64,000 nt of DNA from an uncultured Acidobacteriaceae bacterium. Lineage in GTDB: Bacteria; Acidobacteriota; Terriglobia; Terriglobales; Acidobacteriaceae. The position numbers and the translations under genes are program-made. The notes beneath the pieces were generated by a model. The model was not told the DNA's origin. It saw only the letters and a program-made list of their open reading frames with translations, and did not search any database. The DNA lies in NCBI GenBank assembly GCA_963796085.1, contig CAWCKF010000003.1, positions 126,951 through 190,950 of the forward strand, in the 5' to 3' direction. Position 1 is the first letter of the stretch. Each line of letters begins with the position of its first letter. Shown here piece after piece: positions 42,030-52,030 of the stretch.

Positions 42030-43598
42030 ATGCAGAGCAAAATTTCTTCCTGGATTTGGAAGAGCTTGTTGGCCCTGGGGCTGGCGGCCGCGGCGATTGT
42101 CTTCGCCGGCGCGCAGGAGCCGTATCTGAAGAGTTTCGAGCAGAGGATCACCACCAAGGTGCTGCCCAACGGGCTCACCCTGATCATCTGCGAGCGGCCT
42201 GAAGCGCCGGTCTTCAGCTACTCCACCTTTGTCGACGCCGGCGACGTGAACGACCCCTCGGGCGAGAGCGGCCTGGCGCACATGTTCGAGCACCTGGCCT
42301 TCAAGGGAACCAGCGAGATCGGCACCACGGACTACGCCGCCGAAAAGGTTGCGCTGGCCAAAGTGGAGGCGGCCAACGACGCCTACGAGGCCGAGTACCT
42401 GAAGCCCGTGGGCCGCGATCCGCAGAAGCTGGCCGAGCTGAAACAGAAGGCCTTCCTAGAAGCCCAGGCCGAGGCGCACAAGTACGTCATCCCCAACCAG
42501 TTCACTGACGTGGCCGAGCGCAACGGGGCCGAGGGCCTGAACGCCGAAACCGGACTCGACGACACCATGTACTTCTGGTCGATGCCGGAGAACCGCCTGG
42601 AGCTTTGGGCCTGGCTGGAGAGCAGCCGCCTGGCCGACACCGTGCCGCGCGAGTTCTACAAGGAGCGCGACGTGGTGATCGAAGAGCGGCGCATGCGCAC
42701 CGACTCCAATCCCGAGGGCCGTCTCTTCGAGCAGTTCCTGGCTACGGCCTACGTGGCCCACAACTACGGCCGCAGCGGCATCGGCTGGCCCAGCGAGGTG
42801 AGCCAGATCAACGCCACCGAGGCCATGGAATTCCACAAAAAGTACTACGTGGGCGCGAACATCGTGGTGGCCGTGGTGGGCGACGTCAAAGCAGCAGACG
42901 CGCTGCCCATGCTGGAAAAATATTTCGGCCGCGTTCCCGCCGGGCCCAAGCCGGAGGAGATGACCACCGTCGAGCCCAAGCAGTTTGCCGAGAAGACGGT
43001 GGATATTCGCGAGCCCACCCAGCCCATCTACCTCGAGGGCTACCACCGGCCAAGCTACCGCGATCCCGACGACGCGGTCTATGACGCCATCAGCGACATC
43101 ATGTCCAACGGCCGCGTCTCCCGGCTCTATCGCAGCCTGGTGCGCGACCAGCAGATTGCCGCCGAGTCCGGAGGCTTTAGTCCCTATCCGGGCGACAAAT
43201 ACCCCAGCCTGTTTGTCTTCTATGCGGTTCCCCTGCCGGGTCACACGCCGGCGGAGATGCGCGATGCCATCCATAAAGAGATTGAGAAGCTGAAAACCGC
43301 AGACGTGACTGATGCAGAACTGCAAATGTACAAGACCCGCACCCGCGCCGACCTGCTGCGCGGCCTGGCCGACAACCAGGGACTGGCCAACGACCTGGCC
43401 GAGTACCAGACCCGCTACGGCGACTGGCGCGAGCTCTTCCTGCAACTGGACCGGGTGGACAAGGTAACCAAGGCCGATATCCGCCGCGTGGCCAACCAGG
43501 TGTTTGTCTCCAGCAACCGCACTGAAGCCTGGATTGAAACAGCGGCTCCCGCAGCGCAGCAATCAGCGGCAGCACCGAAAGATGGAGGCGCGCAATGA
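42030..43598 (+). CDS. M16 zinc metallopeptidase, catalytic subunit
   Basis: GLAHMFEH (HxxEH), ERDVVIEERR, SRLY; signal peptide. Confidence 0.92.
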   Translation: MQSKISSWIWKSLLALGLAAAAIVFAGAQEPYLKSFEQRITTKVLPNGLTLIICERPEAPVFSYSTFVDAGDVNDPSGESGLAHMFEHLAFKGTSEIGTTDYAAEKVALAKVEAANDAYEAEYLKPVGRDPQKLAELKQKAFLEAQAEAHKYVIPNQFTDVAERNGAEGLNAETGLDDTMYFWSMPENRLELWAWLESSRLADTVPREFYKERDVVIEERRMRTDSNPEGRLFEQFLATAYVAHNYGRSGIGWPSEVSQINATEAMEFHKKYYVGANIVVAVVGDVKAADALPMLEKYFGRVPAGPKPEEMTTVEPKQFAEKTVDIREPTQPIYLEGYHRPSYRDPDDAVYDAISDIMSNGRVSRLYRSLVRDQQIAAESGGFSPYPGDKYPSLFVFYAVPLPGHTPAEMRDAIHKEIEKLKTADVTDAELQMYKTRTRADLLRGLADNQGLANDLAEYQTRYGDWRELFLQLDRVDKVTKADIRRVANQVFVSSNRTEAWIETAAPAAQQSAAAPKDGGAQ

Positions 43599-45082
43599 AG
43601 AGCCGGGCACGACACTTTCCAATGCACGCGGCCTCGATATGCCTTGTCCTCTTTGCCTCCCTCGCCCTCCCTGCCCAGCAAAACAAGCCCTGGGAAAAAA
43701 TTCCCATCCCCAAGCTGCACGAGTTCAAACCCCACCAACCCAAACGAATTGAGCTCAAGAACGGGATCGTCCTCTTCCTGCAGGAGGATCACGAACTGCC
43801 CTTCGTCTCCGGATCGGTGCTCATTCCGGGCGGTTCGCGCGAGGAGGACCCGGCCAAGGCGGGTTTTATCGGCCTCTACGGTCAGGCGTGGCGCACCAGC
43901 GGCACAGCTAATCTGGACGGCGACGCGCTGGACGATCTGCTGGAAGCCAAGGCCGCCCACATTGAGACCGGGGGCGACGAAGACTCCACCTCGGTGGAGT
44001 GGGATTCGCTCACGGGCGATGCCGACCAGGTTTTTTCGCTCGCTTTGGACCTTCTATTTCACCCCAAATTCCGCGCGCAGAAGCTTGAACTGGCCCGGCA
44101 GCAGGAGGCCACGGCCATCGTGCGGCGCAATGACGACGAAGAGGAGATCGCCGGCCGCGAATCGGCCAAGCTGGTTTACGGAGTCAACAGCCCCTATACC
44201 CGCCAGCCGGAATTGGCCACCATCGCTGCGGTCACTGTGGACGATCTCCAGGCCTGGCACGACCGCACCATCGGTGGCAAGCTGATTGTGGGCGTCTGCG
44301 GCGACTTCGATCCCGTGGCCATGGAGGCCAGGCTGCGCGCGGCCTTTGAGGGACTGCCGCAGGTGATGGAAGCGCCGGCCCGCCACGACCTCTTTCCCGG
44401 CCCCCGATCCGGCATCTACTTTATCGACAAGGAAGACGTAAACCAATCCAACGTGGAGATCGTGGGCCTGGGCACGGACCGCCGCAATCCCGACGTGCCC
44501 GCGCTGGCGGTGATGAACGAGATTCTGGGCGGCGGCTTTGCCAGCCGTCTCTTCCAGAAAGTGCGCACCGAGCTGGGCCTGGCCTATGCGGTGGGCGGCG
44601 GCCTGAGCTTCGACTATGACCATCCGGCTCAATTCCGCGTATTTGTTCTCACCAAGAGCGCCTCCACCGTGGACGCCACCCGAGCCGCCATGGCCGAGAT
44701 CGACGGGCTCAACGCCAGGCCCTTCACCCAGGTAGAGCTGGACCGGGCCAAGGACAACATCCTCAACTCGTTCCTCTTCCGCTACGACACCAGGGAAAAG
44801 GTGCTCAACGAGCGGGTGCTGCTGGAGTTCTACGGCTATCCGGCGGATTATCTTGAGAGCTACAAGGCCGCGCTGGAGAAGGTGACTTTGGCCGATGTGA
44901 CCGCGGTGGCAAAGAAATACATTCACTCTGAGAAATATGCCGTGCTGGTGGTAGGCAACGGGCCGGAGATCAAGCCGCCCCTGGAAGAGCTGAAGCTGAG
45001 GCCGGTGCAACCGATCGACATCACCATTCCGCGACCGGATAAGCCGTCAGGGGAGCAAGGCCCGGCGGAGAAGAGACCGTAA
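43595..45082 (+). CDS. M16 peptidase, non-catalytic partner subunit
   Basis: No HxxEH; LGGGFASRLFQKVRTELGLAY; ATGA overlap. Confidence 0.9.
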   Translation: MKSRARHFPMHAASICLVLFASLALPAQQNKPWEKIPIPKLHEFKPHQPKRIELKNGIVLFLQEDHELPFVSGSVLIPGGSREEDPAKAGFIGLYGQAWRTSGTANLDGDALDDLLEAKAAHIETGGDEDSTSVEWDSLTGDADQVFSLALDLLFHPKFRAQKLELARQQEATAIVRRNDDEEEIAGRESAKLVYGVNSPYTRQPELATIAAVTVDDLQAWHDRTIGGKLIVGVCGDFDPVAMEARLRAAFEGLPQVMEAPARHDLFPGPRSGIYFIDKEDVNQSNVEIVGLGTDRRNPDVPALAVMNEILGGGFASRLFQKVRTELGLAYAVGGGLSFDYDHPAQFRVFVLTKSASTVDATRAAMAEIDGLNARPFTQVELDRAKDNILNSFLFRYDTREKVLNERVLLEFYGYPADYLESYKAALEKVTLADVTAVAKKYIHSEKYAVLVVGNGPEIKPPLEELKLRPVQPIDITIPRPDKPSGEQGPAEKRP

Positions 45083-45112
45083 TAACTGGCCTGAATGTGC
45101 CATAAACGCTCC

Positions 45113-45169
45113 GTGCCCCATCCTTTCGCCTTTTTTCTGGCGAAAGGGTGGGAAACCACAAATCTCAAC
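45113..45169 (+). repeat. REP-like family B element
   Basis: GTGCCCCATCCTTTCGCC-loop-GGCGAAAGGGTGGGAAACCACAAATCTCAAC. Confidence 0.88.
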
Positions 45170-45181
45170 GGGAGTCCGTTC

Positions 45182-46610
45182 ATGAGTCGCAAAGTGGAAT
45201 CGGCCTCGAAGCTGGCGGTAGTAATCATGGCGGCGGGCAATGGAACCCGGCTCAAATCGCGCCGGCCCAAGGTGCTGCACGAGATCGGCGGCAAGCCTCT
45301 GCTGGATTACGTGATTGCCGCCGCCAGCCGGGTTGTGGCCCCAGGCGACATCTACGCCGTCATCGGCCACCAGGCGGAGCGGGTGAAGGCAGCGGTGGCT
45401 GCTACCGGCGTCCGCTTTGTCGAGCAGAAGGAGCAGCGCGGCACCGGCCACGCCATCCAGTGCGCGCGCGCAAGCCATCGCCGGCTACGAAAACATTCTC
45501 GTGCTCTCCGGCGATGTGCCGCTCATCCGGCCGGAGACCCTCGAGCAGCTCTGGCAGTTTCACCAGGCCCAGCAGGCGGCCATGACCATTCTGACCGCCG
45601 CTCCCGCGGACCCCACCGGCTACGGACGCATCGTGCGCAAGGCGGCGGATTCGCCCGAGGTCGAGGCCATCGTCGAGCAGAAGGCGCTCGCGCCGGAGCA
45701 GCAGATCCTTGCGCGAGATCAACTCCGGCATCTACGCCTTCAGGACCGCGCCGCTGCTGGCTCATCTTGGCAAGCTCACCGCCAACAACGCCAACGAGGA
45801 ATTGATTCTGCACCGATATGGCCGGCCTGCTGCGCACTGCCGGAGAGCGAGTGGTGGCCATCCAGGCCGCCGAAGCGGCCGAAGTTCTGGGCGCCAACAC
45901 CATCGCCGAGCTGGTGGCCCTGGATGCCACTCTGCGCGCCGCAACCGCCAGCCGTCTGATGGCCGCGGGCGTCACCATCTTCCGCCCGGAAACCTGCGTG
46001 ATCGACGCCGAGGTCGAGGTTGCGCCCGATACGGTGATCGAGCCGTTTGTGCAGTTGCTGGGCCGCACCAGGATCGGCGCCGACTGCCTGATCCGCTCTT
46101 ATTCGGTGATCGAAAACTGCACTCTGGGCAACCGGGTGCTGGTTCGCCAGAGCTGCGTGCTGGCCGGAGAGCACGGTTGCGGATGGAGCCAAAATCGGCC
46201 CCTTCGCCCACCTGCGGCCGGGCAGCGAGATTGGCGAAGACGCCCACGTGGGCAACTTTGTCGAGACCAAGAAGGCCAAGCTGGGCAAGGGCGCCAAGGC
46301 CAACCACCTCACCTATCTGGGCGATGCCGAGGTGGGCGAGGGAACCAACATCGGCGCCGGGGTCATCACCTGCAACTACGACGGCGTCCGCAAGCACACC
46401 ACGCGCATCGGCAAGGACGTCTTTGTGGGCAGCGATTCCACTCTGGTGGCGCCGGTGACGGTGGGGGATGGAGCCTACATCGGCGCCGGCTCCTGCATTA
46501 CCAAGGACGTGCCCGCGGGCGCTTTGGCCGTGAGCCGGGCTCGCCAGATGGCGCGGGAGGGCTGGGCCGCCGCCAGGCGCGCCCGCCAAAAGAAGCAGAA
46601 AATTGACTGA
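45182..46610 (+). CDS. glmU: Bifunctional UDP-GlcNAc pyrophosphorylase/GlcN-1-P acetyltransferase, frameshifted
   Basis: [46 protein letters not shown]. Confidence 0.95.
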
Positions 46611-47131
46611 TTCTTACCGGCGCGCGTGATAATTTCCGCAAAAATCGCTCGCAGAAGCCATTGTCCTCGTGGCTTTCTTGGTTCATCTCCCCATGCGAGT
46701 GCCCTGAAAGTTGTAACCCTCCCCGGCGTGCGGGTGGAGCACTTCGATATAATGCATAAAACTTGCGGTGGACAGGATATGCCGGCAAGGATTGAGTTGA
46801 CCACCCGCTTCCGATACTGATTTTTTTAGCCGAAAGATTCAACACATTTTTTATTTTTATTACGCCGGGTTAAACGCTTTCTGTATGCCGCAATGAGGAT
46901 CGGGGATAAAGGCATTGCAGGGCTTGTGTAGAGGCCATTTTATGGCCATCACTTCATCGGGGAACGTTGCGCCTTCCCGGTGCGTATACCTGGTGGATTC
47001 AGGCGAGGTCATCAGCTTTGTGACAGAACTGTCCGCTGCATTTTTCTATGTGCTTTAATTTTGGCCGGCGGACAGCAGGGTAACAATGGTTTCATAGGAG
47101 CACGCTATCGCCGCCGTGCCTGGGGCTGGCG

Positions 47132-48346
47132 ATGATCATGGGAGAAGCCGTCTTGGCAAAGAACCTGGAAGGATATGGAGCGCCGGAACCCGCGGTGAAT
47201 CAGCGCGCGGAGGCGGATGCGCGCGCGGAGGCGAGACGGCGCAGGACGGCGCGGATTCTGGTGGTGGACGACGAAGCGCACGTCCGCTCCATGATGGGCT
47301 CCACGCTGGAACGCCAGGGATATGACGTGCAGTTGGCCGCCAGCGGCAACGAAGCGCTGGAGATGCTGGAACAAAATGCCTTTGACCTGGTGCTGACCGA
47401 CATCGTGATGCAGGATGGAAACGGCATTGCCCTGCTGGATCGCATGCACGGGCAGCAACCGCAGCTTCCCGTGGTCATGGTGACGGCGATTCACGACATC
47501 AGCGTGGCCATCGACTCCATGCGCCGCGGCGCCTACGACTATCTGCTCAAGCCCTTCGAGCGCGAGCACCTGGTGAACACTGTGCAGCGCGCCCTGGACC
47601 ACCGCCAGGTACTGCAGGAGAACCACAACTACCAGCAGAACCTGGAGCAGGTGGTGCGCGCCAGAACCGAGATGCTCCGCCAGGCCATGGAAAACCTGGA
47701 GCACTCCTACGACATCACGCTGGAGGCGCTGGGCGACGCGCTGGACCTGAAGGATTCAGAGACCGAAGGACACTCCAAGCGGGTGACCGCTTACACCATC
47801 GCGCTGGCCCGGGCCATGGGCATCAGCCCGGCGGAGATCAAGATCATCGCCCGCGGCGCCTTTCTGCACGACATCGGCAAGATGGCGATTCCCGACGAGA
47901 TCCTGCGCAAACCCGGCAAGCTCTCCCCGGAAGAGCAGGAGGTGATGCGCGAGCATTGCACCCGCGGCTACCATATTCTGCGCAAGATTCCCTTTCTTTC
48001 CGGGGCGGCGGAGATCGTCTTCTCCCATCAGGAACACTACGACGGCAGCGGCTATCCCAGCGGGCTGCGCGGCACAGAGATTCCCATCGGCGCGCGCATA
48101 TTCGCCGTCGCCGACGCCCTGGACGCCATCACCAGCGACCGGCCTTACCGCAAGGCCGGCACCTTCGATGATGCCCGCAAAGAGCTTTTGCGCTGCTTCG
48201 GAACGCAGTTCGATCCCGGCGTCGTAGAGGCCGTTCTTAAAATCTCCAATGAGCTTTGGAACGAGTTGCGTTCGGAGATCACCACCCAGAACAGGCGCTA
48301 CTCGACCTTCGAATTTGTGCAAGCTTCCACCCCGCCGGCGCTGTGA
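47132..48346 (+). CDS. Response regulator with HD-GYP phosphodiesterase domain
   Basis: LVVDDE/LTDIVM/KPF receiver domain; GHSKRV, HDIGK, HYDGSGYP. Confidence 0.93.
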   Translation: MIMGEAVLAKNLEGYGAPEPAVNQRAEADARAEARRRRTARILVVDDEAHVRSMMGSTLERQGYDVQLAASGNEALEMLEQNAFDLVLTDIVMQDGNGIALLDRMHGQQPQLPVVMVTAIHDISVAIDSMRRGAYDYLLKPFEREHLVNTVQRALDHRQVLQENHNYQQNLEQVVRARTEMLRQAMENLEHSYDITLEALGDALDLKDSETEGHSKRVTAYTIALARAMGISPAEIKIIARGAFLHDIGKMAIPDEILRKPGKLSPEEQEVMREHCTRGYHILRKIPFLSGAAEIVFSHQEHYDGSGYPSGLRGTEIPIGARIFAVADALDAITSDRPYRKAGTFDDARKELLRCFGTQFDPGVVEAVLKISNELWNELRSEITTQNRRYSTFEFVQASTPPAL

Positions 48347-48431
48347 GGCATTTTTATTTTTTGCCGCATACAAAGACTGGAAACTTGCATCCAAGATATT
48401 TGATCTGAAATTTCCCCTTGGAGAAGAAACC

Positions 48432-48710
48432 ATGACCCTACTTTCTCAAGCTGAAATTGCTTCCCACCTGAGCTTGCGCCCCGATTGGCGCATTGAAGGC
48501 GGTGAATTGGTGCGCACCTTCAAGTTCGAGACCTTCCCTGCCGCTGTGGCCTTTGTCAACAGGGTAGCGGAGATCGCCGAGCAGGCCAACCACCATCCGG
48601 ATATCGACATCCGCTACAACCGGGTTCGCCTGGCCCTCGTCTCCCACGACGCAGGCGGCATCACCAGCAAGGACTTTGCCGTGGCCGCCGGCGCGGACAA
48701 GCTGGCCTGA
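48432..48710 (+). CDS. Pterin-4-alpha-carbinolamine dehydratase
   Basis: NHHPDI, SHDAGGIT. Confidence 0.92.
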   Translation: MTLLSQAEIASHLSLRPDWRIEGGELVRTFKFETFPAAVAFVNRVAEIAEQANHHPDIDIRYNRVRLALVSHDAGGITSKDFAVAAGADKLA

Positions 48711-48740
48711 GAGCCTGTGTCCTTACCGGGACTCCTGCCG

Positions 48741-48967
48741 TCAGGTTTCGTCCGCTGGTTCGTCCCCAGGTATAACAAATTGGGGATTGGGCGAGATTTC
48801 TTCAGCCTGGCGGAGCCTTTTACCGTATTGCGGTACCACCAGACGGCTGCCAAACCTCCGGCAAGCACCGACGCTGCGGCGATTATTCCCACTTTGAGCC
48901 GGCCGGATCGTTGACCGGTTGCCCGTTGCGAAGTGGAAGAAGTTGCAGATTCCAAATGGTTTGTCAT
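48741..48967 (-). CDS. Small single-TM hypothetical protein (probable 1-nt indel)
   Basis: AAASVLAGGLAAVWWYR continuing into LRQAEE in the adjacent frame. Confidence 0.5.
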
Positions 48968-49095
48968 GCTCGAAAAGGGCCCTGGCCGGGGCTGTTCCCT
49001 GCATTTCCTGTCCATTTTGAAGGTTGCGTTTTAGATGCCGAACGGGTGAATAACGATAATGGACCTGAAGGCAAAAATAATTTCGATTTTTGTAT

Positions 49096-49124
49096 TTGCA
49101 TTCTGCCTGAATCTATGCTATGGT
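49096..49124 (+). promoter_or_regulatory. Sigma70-like promoter
   Basis: TTGCAT-17 bp-TATGGT with extended -10 TG. Confidence 0.55.
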
Positions 49125-49130
49125 GTATAT

Positions 49131-49235
49131 ATTCCAGTGAGGAGGCGGTAGAGCTTACCGCTCCGTAGCTGGAAGTAAGTTGCGTCACTGGCCTCCCGGC
49201 ACGAACAGCTAGACCGTTCGTGCCGTCTTTTTTTT
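49131..49235 (+). ncRNA. Candidate small RNA or attenuator leader
   Basis: About 105 nt between promoter and terminator; strong hairpins; no meaningful ORF. Confidence 0.55.
49197..49235 (+). terminator. Intrinsic terminator
   Basis: CGGCACGAAC-loop-GTTCGTGCCG followed by TC and T8. Confidence 0.85.
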
Positions 49236-49336
49236 GCGCCTGAGCAAGCCGCTGTCGCAGGCCTGCTTGGCCCTGGCTCCGTCCCGGTTCCGGTTCAACC
49301 TGCTTCCGGTCTACAATGGCCTTGAGAGAGTCTGCC

Positions 49337-49793
49337 ATGAAGAAGCCTGATCAAGCGCCGCTGGAGCTTGGGTTTGGCCGTCTTCGTCCTCACCGCGGCC
49401 AGCTATGCGCAGTGGTCGAACCCGGCCGACGATGTTCCCGCCTATCACCCCTCCGCGCCGCTCAAGGTGAGCGCCCTGCCGCCGATCCTCTCCGGCAGCC
49501 AGCTGACCGGCGAGAACTTCCGCTATCCCTGGCAGGTGCACGTCTATCAGCAGGCGGCCAAGATCGGGAACGTGCTCTACCAGCTTGCCCTGCAACTGCC
49601 GCTGCGACCGCGCGCTGGGCCACACCAGCCTGCGCAGTTGCTATGAGAATGCGCACAGCACCGAGTGCTCCACCTGCGCCAAGGAGGGCTTTCTTCGCCT
49701 ACCAGCAGACCAGAGCTGGGCAAGACCCCGGCCGAGATTCGCGCCGCCATCGCCCGCCACGAGTACGAGAGCATCGATCTGGAGAAGCAGTAG
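49337..49793 (+). CDS. PCYCGC-motif-like secreted Cys-rich protein, frameshifted
   Basis: LPCNCRCDRALGHTSLRSCY...CSTCAKE; signal peptide. Confidence 0.75.
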
Positions 49794-49872
49794 ACCCTTC
49801 TGCGGCAGAATCGGAATGGGCGTAGAATCGAAGCTAGCAGCACGAGCCAGTTGGCCCGGCTCGTTCCCTACC

Positions 49873-49909
49873 GGAGTCCCCGGCGAACGATTTTTGTTCG
49901 TTGGGGTGG
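49873..49909 (+). repeat. Family D palindrome just upstream of tmRNA
   Basis: GGAGTCCCCGGCGAAC-loop-GTTCGTTGGGGTGG resembles the unit nested in era. Confidence 0.7.
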
Positions 49910-49915
49910 TCATTT

Positions 49916-50269
49916 GGGGGCGTCACGGTTTCGACGGGATCGATTGCGGCTCAGGAGGCATGCCGGGGTGTGGGCACCCGTAATCGCCTGCAAAACAAAA
50001 GTTGCCAACGATAATCTGGCACTTGCAGCTTAATTAACTAAGCTGCCGTCTTCCACGGCTTTGCCTGTGGGCCGTGAGCGGGCGTCGCACAGTAGGCTGG
50101 CGTGAGCGGCTCGGTCCGTGTCGTTCGCGCGAGATCATCGGACTAGCTTCCGGCGCATCTTGTCCGTTCTGAGCGCCGCCAGGTGAAATCATTCGGAACC
50201 GGACTGAGCATGGATTCTCCTGGCTGACAGCGATTTCGGACGCGGGTTCGACTCCCGCCGCCTCCACCA
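49916..50269 (+). ncRNA. ssrA: tmRNA
   Basis: 5' GGGGGCG...TTCGACGGG; tag ANDNLALAA* (gccaacgataatctggcacttgcagcttaa); 3' GACGCGGGTTCGACTCCCGCCGCCTCCACCA. Confidence 0.97.
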
Positions 50270-50488
50270 AATACTACCTTTATTATCAATGGCTTATGGG
50301 ATGTTTTGCGCACGCAAGCGCAGCCTGCGTTGACTCTCCCCTTGGTGCAAATTCAGCGCTCGCCCCGCCGCAGTAAAAAATGCTTGCCCTGCGCCAACAG
50401 CGGTGCTTATACTGGCTCGATTCCTCAGCATCTGCTTGAACGCAGTTGCTTTCCGGAGTTTCCAACTCGAATTGACAAGGAGCAATGT

Positions 50489-50911
50489 ATGGGAAAAATC
50501 AATATCGGTCGCGTAATCCTCGGGGGCCTGGTTGCCGGGATCGTTGCAGATATCCTGGGTTTCCTTGTGGATGGCGTCTTGCTGGCCTCTAAATGGAATG
50601 CCGGGTTGGCGGCTCTCCAGCATCCCGCTTTCTCGACAAACCAGATCATTTGGTTCAACGTGCTCGGACTGGTCAGCGGCATTGCCATGATCTGGCTTTA
50701 TGCCGCCATCCGGCCTCGCTTTGGCGCCGGAGTGATGACCGCGGTCTGCGCCGGCGTGGCCTTCTGGGTAATAGGTGCGCTGCTTCCCAACCTGGGTTTC
50801 ATGTGGATTCCACACCTTTTTTCGCGTCATCTGACGGCCTACACCACCGCGGGCGCTCTTGTTGAGCTCGTCGTAGCCTCCATTGCCGGCGCTGCGCTTT
50901 ACAAGGAATAA
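50489..50911 (+). CDS. Four-TM hypothetical membrane protein
   Basis: AAGGAG RBS; GRVILGGLVAG...WLYAAIRPRFGAG...GAALYKE. Confidence 0.8.
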   Translation: MGKINIGRVILGGLVAGIVADILGFLVDGVLLASKWNAGLAALQHPAFSTNQIIWFNVLGLVSGIAMIWLYAAIRPRFGAGVMTAVCAGVAFWVIGALLPNLGFMWIPHLFSRHLTAYTTAGALVELVVASIAGAALYKE

Positions 50912-51046
50912 GCCACGTCGAGCATGGCTCGAATCACGTGGCGCAGGGAAGATTCCTGCTGAGTGGATTTGTGCATAAAGACAAATCCACTTAGCAGCTT
51001 TGGCGTCACTCAATGCTATTCGGAAAGTTTTTGAAGGAGCGCAGAT

Positions 51047-51637
51047 TCAGGCGCAGGCAAGAGCCCTGGCCTGCAAAGGCTCCAGGTCCTCCGCGTTCAC
51101 TTCCACGGCGATACTCTGCATGATGTGTTCCAGGGTGAGGACCACGCGCAGGCTGTTCTTCTTGCGCACCACAATGCCTTCCATTCCCGCCAGCGCGCCG
51201 GATCGGATGCGGGCCCTCTGTCCCACCGTCAGCAAGGGGCAGGGCTCGGCAACCCGCAGGTGAAGCCCGGCGCGCAACGCCTCGATGGCTCCATCCGGCA
51301 GTGGAACAGGCTCGCGCCCTTTTCCGCCCACCACGGCCAGGGCGCCCGGCACTTTCAATACCTGCACGCGCTCGTTGCGCCGGATGTGGACAAAAAGGTA
51401 ACCCGGAAACAGCGGAAGCTCCACGATAACCCTGGAACCGTCGCTCCATTTACGCGCCGACCGGTAGAGGGGGAGGAAATACTCGATCTTTCTCTGGCTC
51501 AGATGCTGGGCTACGCGCTTCTCGTGGCGGGAGGCCGTGTAGACGGCAAACCAATTCGGCTCGCTGGACGCAACCGGCTGGGTTTCCGCCCCGGAACTAC
51601 GCTTCGATCGAATCCGCCGATGTGCCATAGTACGCAA
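51047..51637 (-). CDS. UpxY/RfaH-type NusG-paralogue antiterminator
   Basis: WFAVYT..RHEKRV, PLFPGYLFV, KOW motif RIRSGALAGMEG; start uncertain. Confidence 0.9.
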   Translation of the reverse strand: MRTMAHRRIRSKRSSGAETQPVASSEPNWFAVYTASRHEKRVAQHLSQRKIEYFLPLYRSARKWSDGSRVIVELPLFPGYLFVHIRRNERVQVLKVPGALAVVGGKGREPVPLPDGAIEALRAGLHLRVAEPCPLLTVGQRARIRSGALAGMEGIVVRKKNSLRVVLTLEHIMQSIAVEVNAEDLEPLQARALACA

Positions 51638-52030
51638 TCTTCAGCCATCCTCACTAGGGGAAATTGTTCTACACATCCCCCGGCCCGGGCAAACAGGCCG
51701 CATCCGGGAACACGCGCAAATTCCTGAATGAAAGCATGTACTTTCATCCAACTATACGCTTGGCTTGGCATCCCTGCCAGGGGGCCGGAAGCCTCAATAT
51801 ATCAAAGATTGCGGCTCAGGTAAGCCGATTTTGCTGATCCGCAGGCATCGATTCCATTACCTTGGTGCGCAAAAGCCGCCTGTTGAAAAGCGCAGCCGTT
51901 TATCCGGTTTCGCTCGCTCCGTCGCCGCATTGCAAGCAACCACTCTCATTCCAAATGCATCAGGTTCAGAGCCGGGCGCCGCACGCGAAATCCCGGAAGC
52001 CTCTACAATCTATAAAAGGAGAACTGTGCC

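Noticed and set aside
45095-45181. N-terminal extension of GlmU through a family B repeat
   Set aside because: The ATG at 45182 has a GGGAG RBS and gives a normal GlmU start, so the repeat is probably intergenic.
50034-50270. 78-aa ORF starting MVEAAGVEPAS
   Set aside because: It is the antisense shadow of the tmRNA 3' end.
49942-51820. 14-nt match GATTGCGGCTCAGG between tmRNA and 51807
   Set aside because: Matches this short are expected by chance in 64 kb, and it is not the 3' end used as an att site.
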